Source: Minisyncoccia bacterium
GTDB taxonomy: Bacteria > Patescibacteriota > Minisyncoccia > Phycocordibacterales > UBA9973
Assembly (NCBI GenBank): GCA_039809245.1
Contig: JBDHUP010000001.1
Coordinates: 100,137 to 164,136 of the forward strand
Reading direction: 5' to 3'
Length of the DNA: 64,000 nt
Position numbers and translations under genes: made by a program
Notes under the pieces: model-generated
The model's database searches: none
The model's input: only the letters and a program-made list of their open reading frames with translations
Told to the model about the DNA's origin: nothing
Shown here: in pieces, positions 9,144 through 19,590 of the stretch
How the letters are laid out: every line of letters starts with the position of its first letter
Numbering within the stretch: position 1 is the first letter of the stretch

Positions 9144-9144
9144 A

Positions 9145-9807
9145 TTATTTTACACTAATCTGACCTACGCTTGATATTGAAATTGTTTTTGTTTCTCCAC
9201 TCTGATCATTTTTTATAATAACATCAACACTTGAAATTGGCCCAGAACATGACCCTCCTATAGAACCAGAACAAATATATGCATCAGGGTTCGGTCTAAG
9301 AAATGTTACATCTGCATAGCCAGATGTAGTACAATTTGCTCCATTTGGACAAATCTGATAAACACTATCGTTACTTGTAATGTTTAACATATCAATACAC
9401 TCATCATTAGCCTGGATCAAGATATTACTACCGCAAATTGTCGAAGTTGATACAGCATAATTATACTCCTTATTTGAATTCAAGTCATTAAATATAATAA
9501 AATTCTTTTTAGATCCTGCTCTGGCATCTAGTCCGTTATAATTAGCCGTTGAGAAATGTATTCCGTATCCATAGGAGAAATTAGATGCTTGGCTACTATG
9601 TACTCCAATAGCATAATTCTGAGCACGACGAATTGATAAAGCTATATCATCACCTAAATTTTGTAGTGACACATTTGAGCGGAAACGACTATAATCAAAA
9701 ATTGTAATCCCTGCAACAATTATAAAAATCGCAAGAACCACCATTAGTTCAACTAAAGTCATTCCATTTTGAGTATTTTTAAAATAACTTTTTTTGTAGA
9801 TTTTCAT
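9145..9807 (-). CDS. Minor pilin (FimT/FimU-like)
   Basis: NGMTLVELMVV prepilin motif. Confidence 0.85.
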   Translation of the reverse strand: MKIYKKSYFKNTQNGMTLVELMVVLAIFIIVAGITIFDYSRFRSNVSLQNLGDDIALSIRRAQNYAIGVHSSQASNFSYGYGIHFSTANYNGLDARAGSKKNFIIFNDLNSNKEYNYAVSTSTICGSNILIQANDECIDMLNITSNDSVYQICPNGANCTTSGYADVTFLRPNPDAYICSGSIGGSCSGPISSVDVIIKNDQSGETKTISISSVGQISVK

Positions 9808-9810
9808 TTT

Positions 9811-10623
9811 TTATATATGAAATAATGATACTAATGAAAAAATATCTAAATTACAAAGAAATACGATCAGAGCGCTTATAATTAAGAATGGAGCAAATGG
9901 TATTTCTGTTTTCATATTTATTTTCTTATGTGTAAATAAGATTACAGCTAGACTAACAACAGATCCTATCCAAAATGATATCATAATTACCGCAAGCCCC
10001 GAAAGAGTGCCGAGCATCCAACCTATACCGAGCATTAGCTTAGCATCACCTAGACCCATCCATCGTCCTTTTGAGACAAGCCACAGAAGTGCAAAAGGTA
10101 GTGCTAGAAGCGGGCCAGCAACAACATCAAGTAATGATGCTTTTACAAAGAGTGAACCAACACCGGTCTGATTTATAAATATAGATAAAAAGGAAATAGC
10201 AGCATATATATAAACTAATTTATCAGGTATAATTTTATGACGAATATCATAAACCGAAATAACAATAAGCAAAGAGAATATAAAAGAAAATATAGTTAAA
10301 AATAAAACATAGTGGCTTTGAGAAAACGATAAGACTGGTAAGAAATGTAATGCTATTAAAACAAAAACTAGCCCTGTACCAAACTCAACAATAGGATACT
10401 GGTGAGATATATTACTAGCGCATCTACGGCATTTGCCTGATTGAATTAGAAAAGAGAAGATTGGGATTAACTCATACCACCTAAGAGTGTGGTTACAAGT
10501 CATGCATATAGACCTTCCGGCGACTATTGATTTACCAGTATTAAACCTATAAATAACGACATTCAGAAAACTACCAATTAGTGTCCCTAGAAGAAAAATA
10601 AAGACGATAGCTAAAATATACAT
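9811..10623 (-). CDS. pilD: Prepilin peptidase (A24)
   Basis: GSFLNVVIYR, two CxxC, YD and GLGDAKL catalytic Asp motifs, IPFAPFL. Confidence 0.95.
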   Translation of the reverse strand: MYILAIVFIFLLGTLIGSFLNVVIYRFNTGKSIVAGRSICMTCNHTLRWYELIPIFSFLIQSGKCRRCASNISHQYPIVEFGTGLVFVLIALHFLPVLSFSQSHYVLFLTIFSFIFSLLIVISVYDIRHKIIPDKLVYIYAAISFLSIFINQTGVGSLFVKASLLDVVAGPLLALPFALLWLVSKGRWMGLGDAKLMLGIGWMLGTLSGLAVIMISFWIGSVVSLAVILFTHKKINMKTEIPFAPFLIISALIVFLCNLDIFSLVSLFHI

Positions 10624-10704
10624 ACAAATATTATATCACTCTATTGTTAAAAACAAAAACACTCCTAAGAGTGTTTTTGTTAAATATAAGAAAAATATTT
10701 TCTT

Positions 10705-11151
10705 TTATCCGCAAACTGTATCCGCACTTGAGGCACCTGCTGTAATAGTTGAAGAAGCTTTAGCTCCTGAGAATCCTGTACTATCTACACAGTAGTAGTT
10801 TGTACCACCAGTAGGTAATAATGCTTCAAAAGCCCAACTAGCTGAAACTGCACCAGCAGCACCTGACATTGCACATTTTGTTGAAGTAGCACCTCCGTTA
10901 GTAACAGCAGTTATAAGTGCAGTTATACTTCCAGTTGTAGCGGCAGAACAAAGATCAGCTACATATTGTCCAGATGAGTTAACCCCTAATTCTGCTTGTG
11001 TTCGCATAGAACTCATAGTAGATATAACAGATGCATCTCTACCCTTGTTTCTTGCTGTACTCAAAGAAGCGAGGACAACTGAAGCTAGGATACCGATGAT
11101 TGCGATAACGACCAAAAGTTCGATAAGTGTAAAACCTTTATTTTTATTCAT
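10705..11151 (-). CDS. Type IV pilin, probable major pilin
   Basis: KGFTLIELLVVIAIIGIL; Ala/Ser/Gly-rich, 4 Cys, own downstream hairpin. Confidence 0.88.
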   Translation of the reverse strand: MNKNKGFTLIELLVVIAIIGILASVVLASLSTARNKGRDASVISTMSSMRTQAELGVNSSGQYVADLCSAATTGSITALITAVTNGGATSTKCAMSGAAGAVSASWAFEALLPTGGTNYYCVDSTGFSGAKASSTITAGASSADTVCG

Positions 11152-11272
11152 ACTAAAATGTAAATCTATTAATTTGTATCTTTTATAAAAAGATGCGACC
11201 TTATTTTTAATACTCTTATTATATCATATAAAGCTTAAAAAAGCGCAACAACACAATAACTGTGGATATCTT

Positions 11273-12481
11273 TTAGTGTATTCCTCCGGCAATGTTGTAG
11301 ATAGGCATCAAAACAGAAGTCAGAAGAAGTCCTACTCCAAGACCAAGACCAACTATCATTAATGGCTCAATAAGACTAACGAGAGTATCTATAGCTTCAT
11401 TCACTTCACGAGCATAGAAGTGCCCTAGAGTTTTAAGTATGCTACCCATTGAACCAGTTTCTTCTCCAACTTTTACCATACCAGTCATAATGGAAGGAAT
11501 TTCTGGATGTGGTGCCAATGAATCAGAAAAAGAACTTCCACTCTTCACTTTCTCTGTGACATCCTTTAATATTCCTTCGTATACACTATTACCCACTACA
11601 CTTGAAGTAAGTTCTATGGCTCGAATAATAGGAATACCAGATGAAAGCATCGTGTCCATATTATCCGAAATGCGTGATAAATATAATTTAATATATATAT
11701 TCTTAAAAATTGGAACTGAAATTTTTACTCTATCTAGATATTGTTTACCAGACTTTGACTGAGTTAGTCTAACAAGATATATAACAAACAAAATAAATCC
11801 AATTAAAATAAATATTCCATAATTAACTAATAAGTCACTAATACCCATAACAATCTTAGTAGATAAAGGTATTTCTTGACCAGATTCCTTGATTATAACG
11901 GCTAGTCTAGGAACAATAAAAACAAACATTAATGTCATAACCGCAATAAAAACTCCAACTACGAACCCTGGATAAACCAGGGCGTTTTTAGTTTTTGAAG
12001 TTAATTGGTATTGGCGATCAAGATATTCTGCTAAATATGAAAATGTTTGAGTAAGCTTTCCAGATTCTTCACCAGCCTTTACCATATTTACATAAAAATC
12101 TGAAAAGGCTTCTGGATGTTTAGCGAGTGCTTGAGATATAGTGACACCTGAAGAAATATCGGCAGATACACTATTTAGAACTTTAACCAACGCTGCATTC
12201 TCAGTATTTGAAGCAAGAAGATTAAAAGCTTTAAGGGCTGAAACTTGAGCTTCAAAGAGCGTAGATATCTGTCGTGACATAATAACCACATCTTTCTGTG
12301 CAACACCTTTTTCAAAAAAAGACATTTGCAATAATCCTTTCTTCTCAGTTTCTTCATTTATTGAAAGAACTATAAGACCTCTACGCTGTACCGCAATAAC
12401 AGCCAAATCTTTGGAAGCAGCGTCTACCGTTCCTTTCTTTTTCTCACCTGTATTTGTAATAGCGTCATAAGTAAATAACAT
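11273..12481 (-). CDS. pilC: Type IV pilus platform protein
   Basis: Two T2SSF repeats (GEESGKL, GEETGSM, LIEP). Confidence 0.93.
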   Translation of the reverse strand: MLFTYDAITNTGEKKKGTVDAASKDLAVIAVQRRGLIVLSINEETEKKGLLQMSFFEKGVAQKDVVIMSRQISTLFEAQVSALKAFNLLASNTENAALVKVLNSVSADISSGVTISQALAKHPEAFSDFYVNMVKAGEESGKLTQTFSYLAEYLDRQYQLTSKTKNALVYPGFVVGVFIAVMTLMFVFIVPRLAVIIKESGQEIPLSTKIVMGISDLLVNYGIFILIGFILFVIYLVRLTQSKSGKQYLDRVKISVPIFKNIYIKLYLSRISDNMDTMLSSGIPIIRAIELTSSVVGNSVYEGILKDVTEKVKSGSSFSDSLAPHPEIPSIMTGMVKVGEETGSMGSILKTLGHFYAREVNEAIDTLVSLIEPLMIVGLGLGVGLLLTSVLMPIYNIAGGIH

Positions 12482-12487
12482 AAGAAA

Positions 12488-13546
12488 TTATAACATTCGC
12501 TCTAGAGCTTTAGGATTAATTGAATATTGGTATGCGCTCTCCATACTTATTTCCCCTCTTTGTACAAGTTCAACAAGAGATCTATTCATATCAACCATTC
12601 CAGATTCTGAAGAAGTTTCTATAACATTATTTATCTCATGTGTACGCTTTTCTCGAATAAGATTTGATACTGCGTTATTATTTATCAAAAGTTCATATGC
12701 TGGAACACGTCCTCCAGCTATACGAGGAACAAGTCTTTGAGAAAAAACGGCAATTAAACTAGATGCGAGTTGTAAACGAATTTGATCTTGCTGAGATGCT
12801 GGGAATGAATCGATAATACGGTCTATTGTTTGTGATGCATTATTTGTATGAAGGGTTGAGAGAACTAAGTGTCCAGTTTCTGCGGCTGTTACAGCTGCAG
12901 AAATAGTAGCTGCGTCACGCATTTCACCTATAAAAATAACATTAACATCTTCACGAAAGACTGATTTTAAAGCCCCATTAAAACTCTCTGTATCAATACC
13001 AACTTCTCTTTGATCAATTATAGATTTATCAGGTTTATACACAAACTCTATAGGATCTTCAATAGTGACAATATGTGCTGCTCTTTCACTATTAATCATA
13101 TTTATCATAGTAGATAAAGTTGTTGATTTACCTTGACCAACTGGACCGACTACAAGAAAGAAACCTTGATTCTTCTGAGCAAAACTGGCAAGAATTGGAG
13201 GAAGGTTTAATTCTTCAAATGACTTTGCTTTCGGGATAAGACGAAGAGCAATACCAATAAGACCTCTCTGATAGAAAGCGTTGCCACGTAAATGTGTATC
13301 TTCTTCAAAAGAGTAAGAGAAATCGGCTTCTTTTTCTTCGGTAAATTTTTTAGTTTTTTCTGAGCCTAGAATTACAGTTAGTATTCCAATCATATCTTCA
13401 TTTGTTAAGACTTCTTGATTAGCTAGAAACAGAAGTTGCCCAGCAATACGCATAGCTGGCTTTCTACCTGCTCCTAAGTGTAGATCTGATCCATCTTCAC
13501 GCATAAGGCTGGTAAGTAATTCATTTAAAAATTTTTTATAATCCAT
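12488..13546 (-). CDS. pilT: Pilus retraction ATPase
   Basis: SDLHL, GPVGQGKST, TIEDPIE, GEMRD, AETGHLVLSTLHT, NLIRE. Confidence 0.95.
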   Translation of the reverse strand: MDYKKFLNELLTSLMREDGSDLHLGAGRKPAMRIAGQLLFLANQEVLTNEDMIGILTVILGSEKTKKFTEEKEADFSYSFEEDTHLRGNAFYQRGLIGIALRLIPKAKSFEELNLPPILASFAQKNQGFFLVVGPVGQGKSTTLSTMINMINSERAAHIVTIEDPIEFVYKPDKSIIDQREVGIDTESFNGALKSVFREDVNVIFIGEMRDAATISAAVTAAETGHLVLSTLHTNNASQTIDRIIDSFPASQQDQIRLQLASSLIAVFSQRLVPRIAGGRVPAYELLINNNAVSNLIREKRTHEINNVIETSSESGMVDMNRSLVELVQRGEISMESAYQYSINPKALERML

Positions 13547-13554
13547 AATAATTT

Positions 13555-13947
13555 TTATTTATTATTTACAGTACTAATAATACTATTAACTTTATCTATA
13601 ACTTCAGAAGGAGTGCTAGATGCTTTTACTATATAACCTGCTGCTCCTAATGATTCCCCTCTCGCTATATCTGATGGTTGACCTCGGTTAGATAAAACAA
13701 CGCGGATAGCTCCTGGTGCTAATTTTTCCTCATTCATTTTTTCCATAAGTTCAAATCCGTCCATAACAGGCATTACTATATCTAAGAGTATTATATCTGG
13801 ATTAAGACCTAAATGAAGTTTCTCTAAGGCTTGTTCAGAACCAAGTGAAGTAGTTACGTCAAAATTAGACTGATGGAATTTCAATGCATACATATCGAGA
13901 AGGAAGCTATCATCGTCAATAATCAAAATTTTTTTCTTTACTTCCAT
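13555..13947 (-). CDS. Single-domain response regulator (CheY-like)
   Basis: ILIIDDD, LLDIVMPVMDG, YIVK. Confidence 0.92.
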   Translation of the reverse strand: MEVKKKILIIDDDSFLLDMYALKFHQSNFDVTTSLGSEQALEKLHLGLNPDIILLDIVMPVMDGFELMEKMNEEKLAPGAIRVVLSNRGQPSDIARGESLGAAGYIVKASSTPSEVIDKVNSIISTVNNK

Positions 13948-13984
13948 ATAAGGATATTATAATACAGTTACTATACTTTGCCTA

Positions 13985-15730
13985 CTAAAAGTTATAAACC
14001 TCCTGGAAAGGAATACTACCATTTAGACTCTTTACAATTGCATCTTCTCTTATAGAAAGCATTCCACGAGATCTAGCGAGTTTATAAATCTCTTGTTCTT
14101 GTGGTTTCTTAAGTATTATATTTTGCATTTCTTTATCAATTTCAAACATTTCAAACAAAGCAATACGACCTCTCATTCCAGATGGACATTCAGGTGAAGG
14201 AACAGCTTCGTACATTGACTTACCTATATTTAACTTACTCTTGTATTCTTCTGGTAAATCTTGGAATTGTTTTTCGAGCATTATCTTAGTAGCTTCATCT
14301 ATAGGAATTTCATGTTTTGAGGCTGGGAAAATACGGCGAGCTAGACGCTGAGCAACACATAATATAAGTGTAGGAGCGATAAGGTAAGGATCAATTCCCA
14401 TATCTATTAGACGTGGTATAGCTCCAACAGAAGAGTTAGTGTGGAGAGTAGAGAAAACTAAGTGACCAGTAAGAGCTGCTTGAATTGCAAGCTCGGCTGT
14501 TTCTTTATCTCTTATCTCTCCAACATATATTATATCTGGGTCCTGACGTAAAATTGACCTAAGTCCTGAAGCAAAAGTATAACCAATTTCAGGAGTAACT
14601 TGAGATTGATTTACTCCATCAATATGATATTCAACTGGATCTTCTAGAGAAACTATATTCTTTTCTTCATGATCAAGTTCATTTAGCATAGAATAAAGTG
14701 TTGTTGTCTTACCAGAACCAGTTGGACCTGTAAGGAGTATTAAGCCATAAGGTTTCGTGAGAGCGCTCCTAACCAGAGCTAAGTTTTCTTTAGACATATC
14801 TAGATTCCCTAGAGATTGAACTCCTTTATCAGAATCAAGGATACGCATAACAATTTTTTCTCCATAGTATGATGGCATTGTAGAAACACGAAAATCGATT
14901 TTTCGACCATCAATCTTGGCAGAGAATCCTCCATCTTGAGGTTTTCTTTTCTCATCAAGTCTTAACTTCGCTAATATTTTTATACGGGCAACTACTCCAT
15001 TATAGACATTTATAGGCAGTACAAGTGAAGTGTGTAAAACACCGTCAATACGAAATCTTACTCTGACTTTATCACCAACATTTTCAATATGTATATCAGA
15101 AGCAGAACCTTCTGTCGCATGTCTTAAAATAACTGCAACTATTTTAATGATTGGAGCATCTTCAACAATCCTTTCTTCTTCACCTGGTTTTAAAGAATCA
15201 GAAGTTTTTGTATTTTTCTCAATTGTAACACCCTCATCCCCCTCTCCTTTTGCTCCAGCTATTTCAGAATCAAGTTCTGAAAGAGCTTGGTCAACTTCGC
15301 TACCTAATCCTTCGTATGCTTGAATAAGTTGATTGTAAGTTGAAGTTTTAATCAAAAATAACTTGAACGGCTTATTCATTTTTGAAGTTATAAATGTAAG
15401 TGCATCTATAGCTTGAACGTTTTCTGGGTCTGTTATTCCTATTTCAAGAACACTATCAGAAACTCCTATAGGAACAAAGTGGTAAATCTTTGCCGATTCA
15501 GCTGGAATTAACTCTAGCGTTGATGGAACCACTCTCTTAGGATCAATATCTTTTATTGGAACATTGAAAATAGCTCCTTTTGCTTGAAGGATAGCATTCT
15601 CATCCAAATTAAAATCTAATAGGGCTTGGTCGACATTACCACTATATTTCTCATCAGCAATTTTTAAGACTTCAGGTATTTGTATTTCTTTTAGGATGCC
15701 TCTTTTTACTAATTCATCAAGAATTATCAT
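13985..15730 (-). CDS. pilB: Pilus assembly ATPase (PilB/GspE)
   Basis: ASDIHIE, GPTGSGKTTTLY, LRQDPD, TGHLVFSTLHTN. Confidence 0.95.
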   Translation of the reverse strand: MIILDELVKRGILKEIQIPEVLKIADEKYSGNVDQALLDFNLDENAILQAKGAIFNVPIKDIDPKRVVPSTLELIPAESAKIYHFVPIGVSDSVLEIGITDPENVQAIDALTFITSKMNKPFKLFLIKTSTYNQLIQAYEGLGSEVDQALSELDSEIAGAKGEGDEGVTIEKNTKTSDSLKPGEEERIVEDAPIIKIVAVILRHATEGSASDIHIENVGDKVRVRFRIDGVLHTSLVLPINVYNGVVARIKILAKLRLDEKRKPQDGGFSAKIDGRKIDFRVSTMPSYYGEKIVMRILDSDKGVQSLGNLDMSKENLALVRSALTKPYGLILLTGPTGSGKTTTLYSMLNELDHEEKNIVSLEDPVEYHIDGVNQSQVTPEIGYTFASGLRSILRQDPDIIYVGEIRDKETAELAIQAALTGHLVFSTLHTNSSVGAIPRLIDMGIDPYLIAPTLILCVAQRLARRIFPASKHEIPIDEATKIMLEKQFQDLPEEYKSKLNIGKSMYEAVPSPECPSGMRGRIALFEMFEIDKEMQNIILKKPQEQEIYKLARSRGMLSIREDAIVKSLNGSIPFQEVYNF

Positions 15731-15731
15731 A

Positions 15732-16388
15732 CTAATTTGTATTAAATGAAACTACATCACCATATATCGGTGCAGTTCCTACTTTTGCGACTGCCCTATA
15801 AAAGTAAGTAGTCTCTGGAGTTAATCCTTTAATACTTGTAACGAAAGTACCGACTAAAGATTGTTTTACTGGAGATGTGGATTGGCCTAGCTCTGGATCT
15901 GCTCCATATTCAAAGAAAACACTAGTAACTCCACTAAGATTATTTATTGTTCCATTTAAAATTGCACTCTTATCAGTAACCTGAGTTGGGTCATTTGTAA
16001 CAACAGGAGACAAAGCAGAGTTGCTAGAAGAAACTTCGGAAGAAAACGGAGCAAAAGGGTTAGGACGTCCAGGAACTGCAGCTTCTAAATTAACAGTATT
16101 ATCATTAAGCGATAAGAATTCTTGACTGTTAAATATAGTAGTATCAATTTTAATTTTTTTTAGAGATGTGAGTGTCGCAAGAAAAGCAGTATCTTCGGCA
16201 ATTTTATCTTCATTATTTATCCCTAAGACTGAAGAAGAACTACCATTTTGAGATACAAGAGAAGAATTTGCAGAGACAGGAGTATCTAAAGCTTGGACAT
16301 ACAAACTATTTGAAAAATAACTATAAACACCGCCTACTAATAGAGCGAGAGATGTTATTATTAAAAATTTGTTATATGATTTATTCAT
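15732..16388 (-). CDS. Pilus-associated exported protein (GRxNPF motif, C-terminal FN3-like domain)
   Basis: N-terminal TM, PGRPNPFAP, GLTPETTYFYRAVA FN3-type motif; occupies PilP position. Confidence 0.65.
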   Translation of the reverse strand: MNKSYNKFLIITSLALLVGGVYSYFSNSLYVQALDTPVSANSSLVSQNGSSSSVLGINNEDKIAEDTAFLATLTSLKKIKIDTTIFNSQEFLSLNDNTVNLEAAVPGRPNPFAPFSSEVSSSNSALSPVVTNDPTQVTDKSAILNGTINNLSGVTSVFFEYGADPELGQSTSPVKQSLVGTFVTSIKGLTPETTYFYRAVAKVGTAPIYGDVVSFNTN

Positions 16389-16389
16389 A

Positions 16390-16980
16390 TTATTTAAGCC
16401 AGTAAGTTTCAACTTTTAATGAAAATTCATAAATATTTGGGTCAACTCCATTTTGCTTAGAATCAGGAACTGTAAAACTAACAGATTTAATATCTACTAA
16501 TCGTAGATTATGCTCTACCTCAGATAAAAACTTCGCAAATGAATCATATGTTCCTTTTGTCGAAAACTCTACTGGGAAAACTCCATAAGGCAGAGCACTC
16601 GACGCTCCACTAGAGGCAACTACTGCACCATTATTATTCTTAGAAACTTCAGGGGCATTCTGCTGTGTTTGGAATTTAATATTTTCGACTGGCATGCCAT
16701 GAAGATTTGCTAATTGCTCTATCTCTAGTATAAACCTTATATTATTTACTGTGTTTGGTAAGAAATGAGCAAGGCGATCCTTATCAGCTTGGCTGATATT
16801 CTTATATGCATCAACTAATTTATCTCTAGTCTTTTGAAGATCAGTTGAATTATCTAATGCAACATTATAAACAAGAACATCAGCTTTTAATTGAGAAACT
16901 TCGGCTCGTATTGGATTTACAACTACAAAAAATAGTATGCCAGCGATTAGTATTAAAGATAGTGGAAATAGAAATCTCAT
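16390..16980 (-). CDS. pilO: PilO-like protein
   Basis: N-terminal TM, coiled coil, GTYDSFAKFL..VE.NLRLVD; synteny with pilMN. Confidence 0.75.
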   Translation of the reverse strand: MRFLFPLSLILIAGILFFVVVNPIRAEVSQLKADVLVYNVALDNSTDLQKTRDKLVDAYKNISQADKDRLAHFLPNTVNNIRFILEIEQLANLHGMPVENIKFQTQQNAPEVSKNNNGAVVASSGASSALPYGVFPVEFSTKGTYDSFAKFLSEVEHNLRLVDIKSVSFTVPDSKQNGVDPNIYEFSLKVETYWLK

Positions 16981-16982
16981 AT

Positions 16983-17717
16983 TTATTGGTTAGAGTTATT
17001 AGCCGGTAATGAAGTCTCTGGAGGATTAGAAACGGCAGGAGCAACTTGGTTGCTTTGTGTAGTAGAAGTGTCTTGGGTAGCAGGGCTATTATCTTCCGTG
17101 GTTGGTTGTAATTTTAACTGAGTTTGTTCTAGTAACAAATTCTTCTGATATGAAAGAAGCTCTGGGTCAACAATAAAATCTATATCAAAAGTAACATATC
17201 CATTCTTATTCCTCGTTAAGTTTGAAAAAACTACATTTTTAAAAGATCGTCCTTTAGCAGTATTAAAAACATCAGCTTGCAAGGCAATTGATCTATAATC
17301 ACGAGCAATTCCACTCATTTTTACAAAGAAACCTTTATCATTTGTTTGATGGTCAAATTTTGTATACTGAACTCCTGCTATGGTTAAATCACCGAGTAAT
17401 TTAAACAGCGGAGAAAGAACAATGTGACCGTTCAAAACTTGTTTAGCTGAAGATACACGCTTATCGTACAGTTCAAGTTCATCAATGGTGTCTTTCTCAA
17501 AACTATCTCTAACCTTCTCTAATGATGCAGATAGGATTTGCTTTTCTTTTATAAGATAGTTTTTATAAACATATAAACCTCCAGATGCTACCCCAGTAAC
17601 AATAAGAATTAATACGGAAAAAACCATAAAAAGATTCGTAGCTGGTTTACTTTTTGAAACACCAGAAGATGTAATGGGCTTTTTAGGTATAAATGATGTT
17701 TGAAATGAATTTTCCAT
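16983..17717 (-). CDS. pilN: PilN-like protein
   Basis: SFIPKK N-terminus, TM, MSGIA; between pilM and pilO. Confidence 0.7.
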   Translation of the reverse strand: MENSFQTSFIPKKPITSSGVSKSKPATNLFMVFSVLILIVTGVASGGLYVYKNYLIKEKQILSASLEKVRDSFEKDTIDELELYDKRVSSAKQVLNGHIVLSPLFKLLGDLTIAGVQYTKFDHQTNDKGFFVKMSGIARDYRSIALQADVFNTAKGRSFKNVVFSNLTRNKNGYVTFDIDFIVDPELLSYQKNLLLEQTQLKLQPTTEDNSPATQDTSTTQSNQVAPAVSNPPETSLPANNSNQ

Positions 17718-17725
17718 AATTATAG

Positions 17726-18871
17726 TTAAGATAGTTGGCGTAATGCAAGACCAACCGCCACAGCAAACTCAGGACCGCTTGTTTGTAGGACTGGTTCAAG
17801 AAAGGCTGGTGCCTCTGTTTTCGAAAATGGATTACCGTAGACTACTTCCATATTAAAATTTGCAATAGCATGCTCAAGTAATCCTTTAAGTAGAGAACCT
17901 CCTCCCGTCATAATAACCTTACTTATATTTTTATTATACTTCTTCTCGTAAGCAAGCACAACACTATTTGTCTCTGAGAATATATAATCTGTGGATAGAC
18001 GAACAATGTCAGATACTTGTGAATTCGCTAGTGCATCTAGTCCAATTGATCGCTTCAGTTTTTCAGCTTCATTAAAAGGAATAGTTAGAGATTGTGAAAT
18101 ATTTTTTGATATATCTTGTGAACCACGATTAACTATATGAAATACTCTCACAACACCAGCTTCTACAATAGAAAGCTTTGTTTTTGAAGCTCCAAAATCC
18201 ATCAAAAGTACGGGGGCAAGGTCGTTATTGAAAGTTGAACGAATATTACTAAATACTTCCATCTCAAAAGAATCAGAATGTATCTCAGTCTTTGTTAGAA
18301 TTTCTTGAAACCTAGATAGTGTATCATTGTGTATAGCTACAACTAAAATTTCTAATTTCGGTTCAGCAACTTTTTTATCTTTTTGTTCATTCATCGAATC
18401 TTCAAAATTATCAATTTCCTGTGGAATAACAAACCAGTCAAGCGATACTTCAGAAATAGGAACTGGAATATACTTTCTAGCTTCAATTGGAACTATAGAA
18501 GCGAGTTGATCTTCATTAACTTTAGCAGGAAGAGATATTGTAAAAATCAAACTTGCTGCTGAAGGAATAGCTATAACTCCTGACATGGTCGTGATATTAG
18601 ATTCCTTTATAACATCGGTTAGAGCTCTGGCAATATCATCTGTTGACAGATTTGTGACAACTCCTACATCTGTATTGCCATATGGACCCAATGAAAGAGC
18701 ACCATAAGTTTCAAGAACAGCTTTGCCACCTTTCTTTTTAAGTTGGACAACTTTTATTGCAGATGAACCTATATCTATGCCTAGTACACTTTCTGATGCT
18801 TTTTCAGATTTAAATATATTAGATAAACTAGATAGCCCCCCAGAAATTATTTTCTTTAGTGAATTGTCCAT
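17726..18871 (-). CDS. pilM: Type IV pilus assembly protein PilM
   Basis: LGIDIGSSAIKVV, DFGASKT, TGGGS, AVAVGLALR. Confidence 0.93.
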   Translation of the reverse strand: MDNSLKKIISGGLSSLSNIFKSEKASESVLGIDIGSSAIKVVQLKKKGGKAVLETYGALSLGPYGNTDVGVVTNLSTDDIARALTDVIKESNITTMSGVIAIPSAASLIFTISLPAKVNEDQLASIVPIEARKYIPVPISEVSLDWFVIPQEIDNFEDSMNEQKDKKVAEPKLEILVVAIHNDTLSRFQEILTKTEIHSDSFEMEVFSNIRSTFNNDLAPVLLMDFGASKTKLSIVEAGVVRVFHIVNRGSQDISKNISQSLTIPFNEAEKLKRSIGLDALANSQVSDIVRLSTDYIFSETNSVVLAYEKKYNKNISKVIMTGGGSLLKGLLEHAIANFNMEVVYGNPFSKTEAPAFLEPVLQTSGPEFAVAVGLALRQLS

Positions 18872-18915
18872 ATATACTACTATGTAGTATACCATAGCTA
18901 TAGTAAAATAAAGCT

Positions 18916-19590
18916 GTGGAATTAGGCCTTTCTTTTATTAAATCAATAACTAAATGGGTGCTTAACGTACTATTCCCTGATAAGTGCTTAGGGTGTCGTA
19001 TTAAAGGTGATATTCTATGTTTAAAATGTTCTTACAAGATAAGGAGAGCTGAAAGAGAAACAAAATCTGGTATTTTTGCAGCTTACGATTACAGAGACCC
19101 TATAATAAAGAAGGTCATCTGGAATTTGAAATACTATAAAAGAAAAGATCTTGGTGAAAAGCTTGGTAAAATGCTTTATGAGGCATTAATAGAAGAAGTC
19201 GCAGATATCGAAATTTTTACAAAAGGACAACCTATACTAGTACTACCTGTCCCCCTATCAAGAACCAGAAGGAAATTACGAGGTTATAATCAAGCAGAAA
19301 TAATAGCTGATGGATTCTGTAGTTTAGAGAAAGGTAATAAACTTCAATTAGCAAAAAAAGTTATAGCTAAAAAAATTGATACTCTACCTCAAGCCCGTAT
19401 AACAAACAGAGTAATAAGACTTAAAAATATTCATAATGCATTTCAGATTATTAATACAGATATCATAAAGGGCAGAACCATAATCATAATAGACGATGTG
19501 ACTACCACAGGTGGCACAATCTTAGAAATATCAAAACTACTAAAAAAACACGGGGCTAAAAAAGTAGTCGGTTTTGCGATTGCTCATTAA
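18916..19590 (+). CDS. comF: ComF family protein
   Basis: LFP..C..C Zn ribbon, PVPL...RGYNQ, IIDDVTTTGGT PRTase motif. Confidence 0.9.
   Translation: MELGLSFIKSITKWVLNVLFPDKCLGCRIKGDILCLKCSYKIRRAERETKSGIFAAYDYRDPIIKKVIWNLKYYKRKDLGEKLGKMLYEALIEEVADIEIFTKGQPILVLPVPLSRTRRKLRGYNQAEIIADGFCSLEKGNKLQLAKKVIAKKIDTLPQARITNRVIRLKNIHNAFQIINTDIIKGRTIIIIDDVTTTGGTILEISKLLKKHGAKKVVGFAIAH

Noticed and set aside
11260-11270. DnaA-box-like TGTGGATAT (also AGTGGATAA near 32052)
   Set aside because: Isolated imperfect matches; no cluster, DUE or dnaA nearby.
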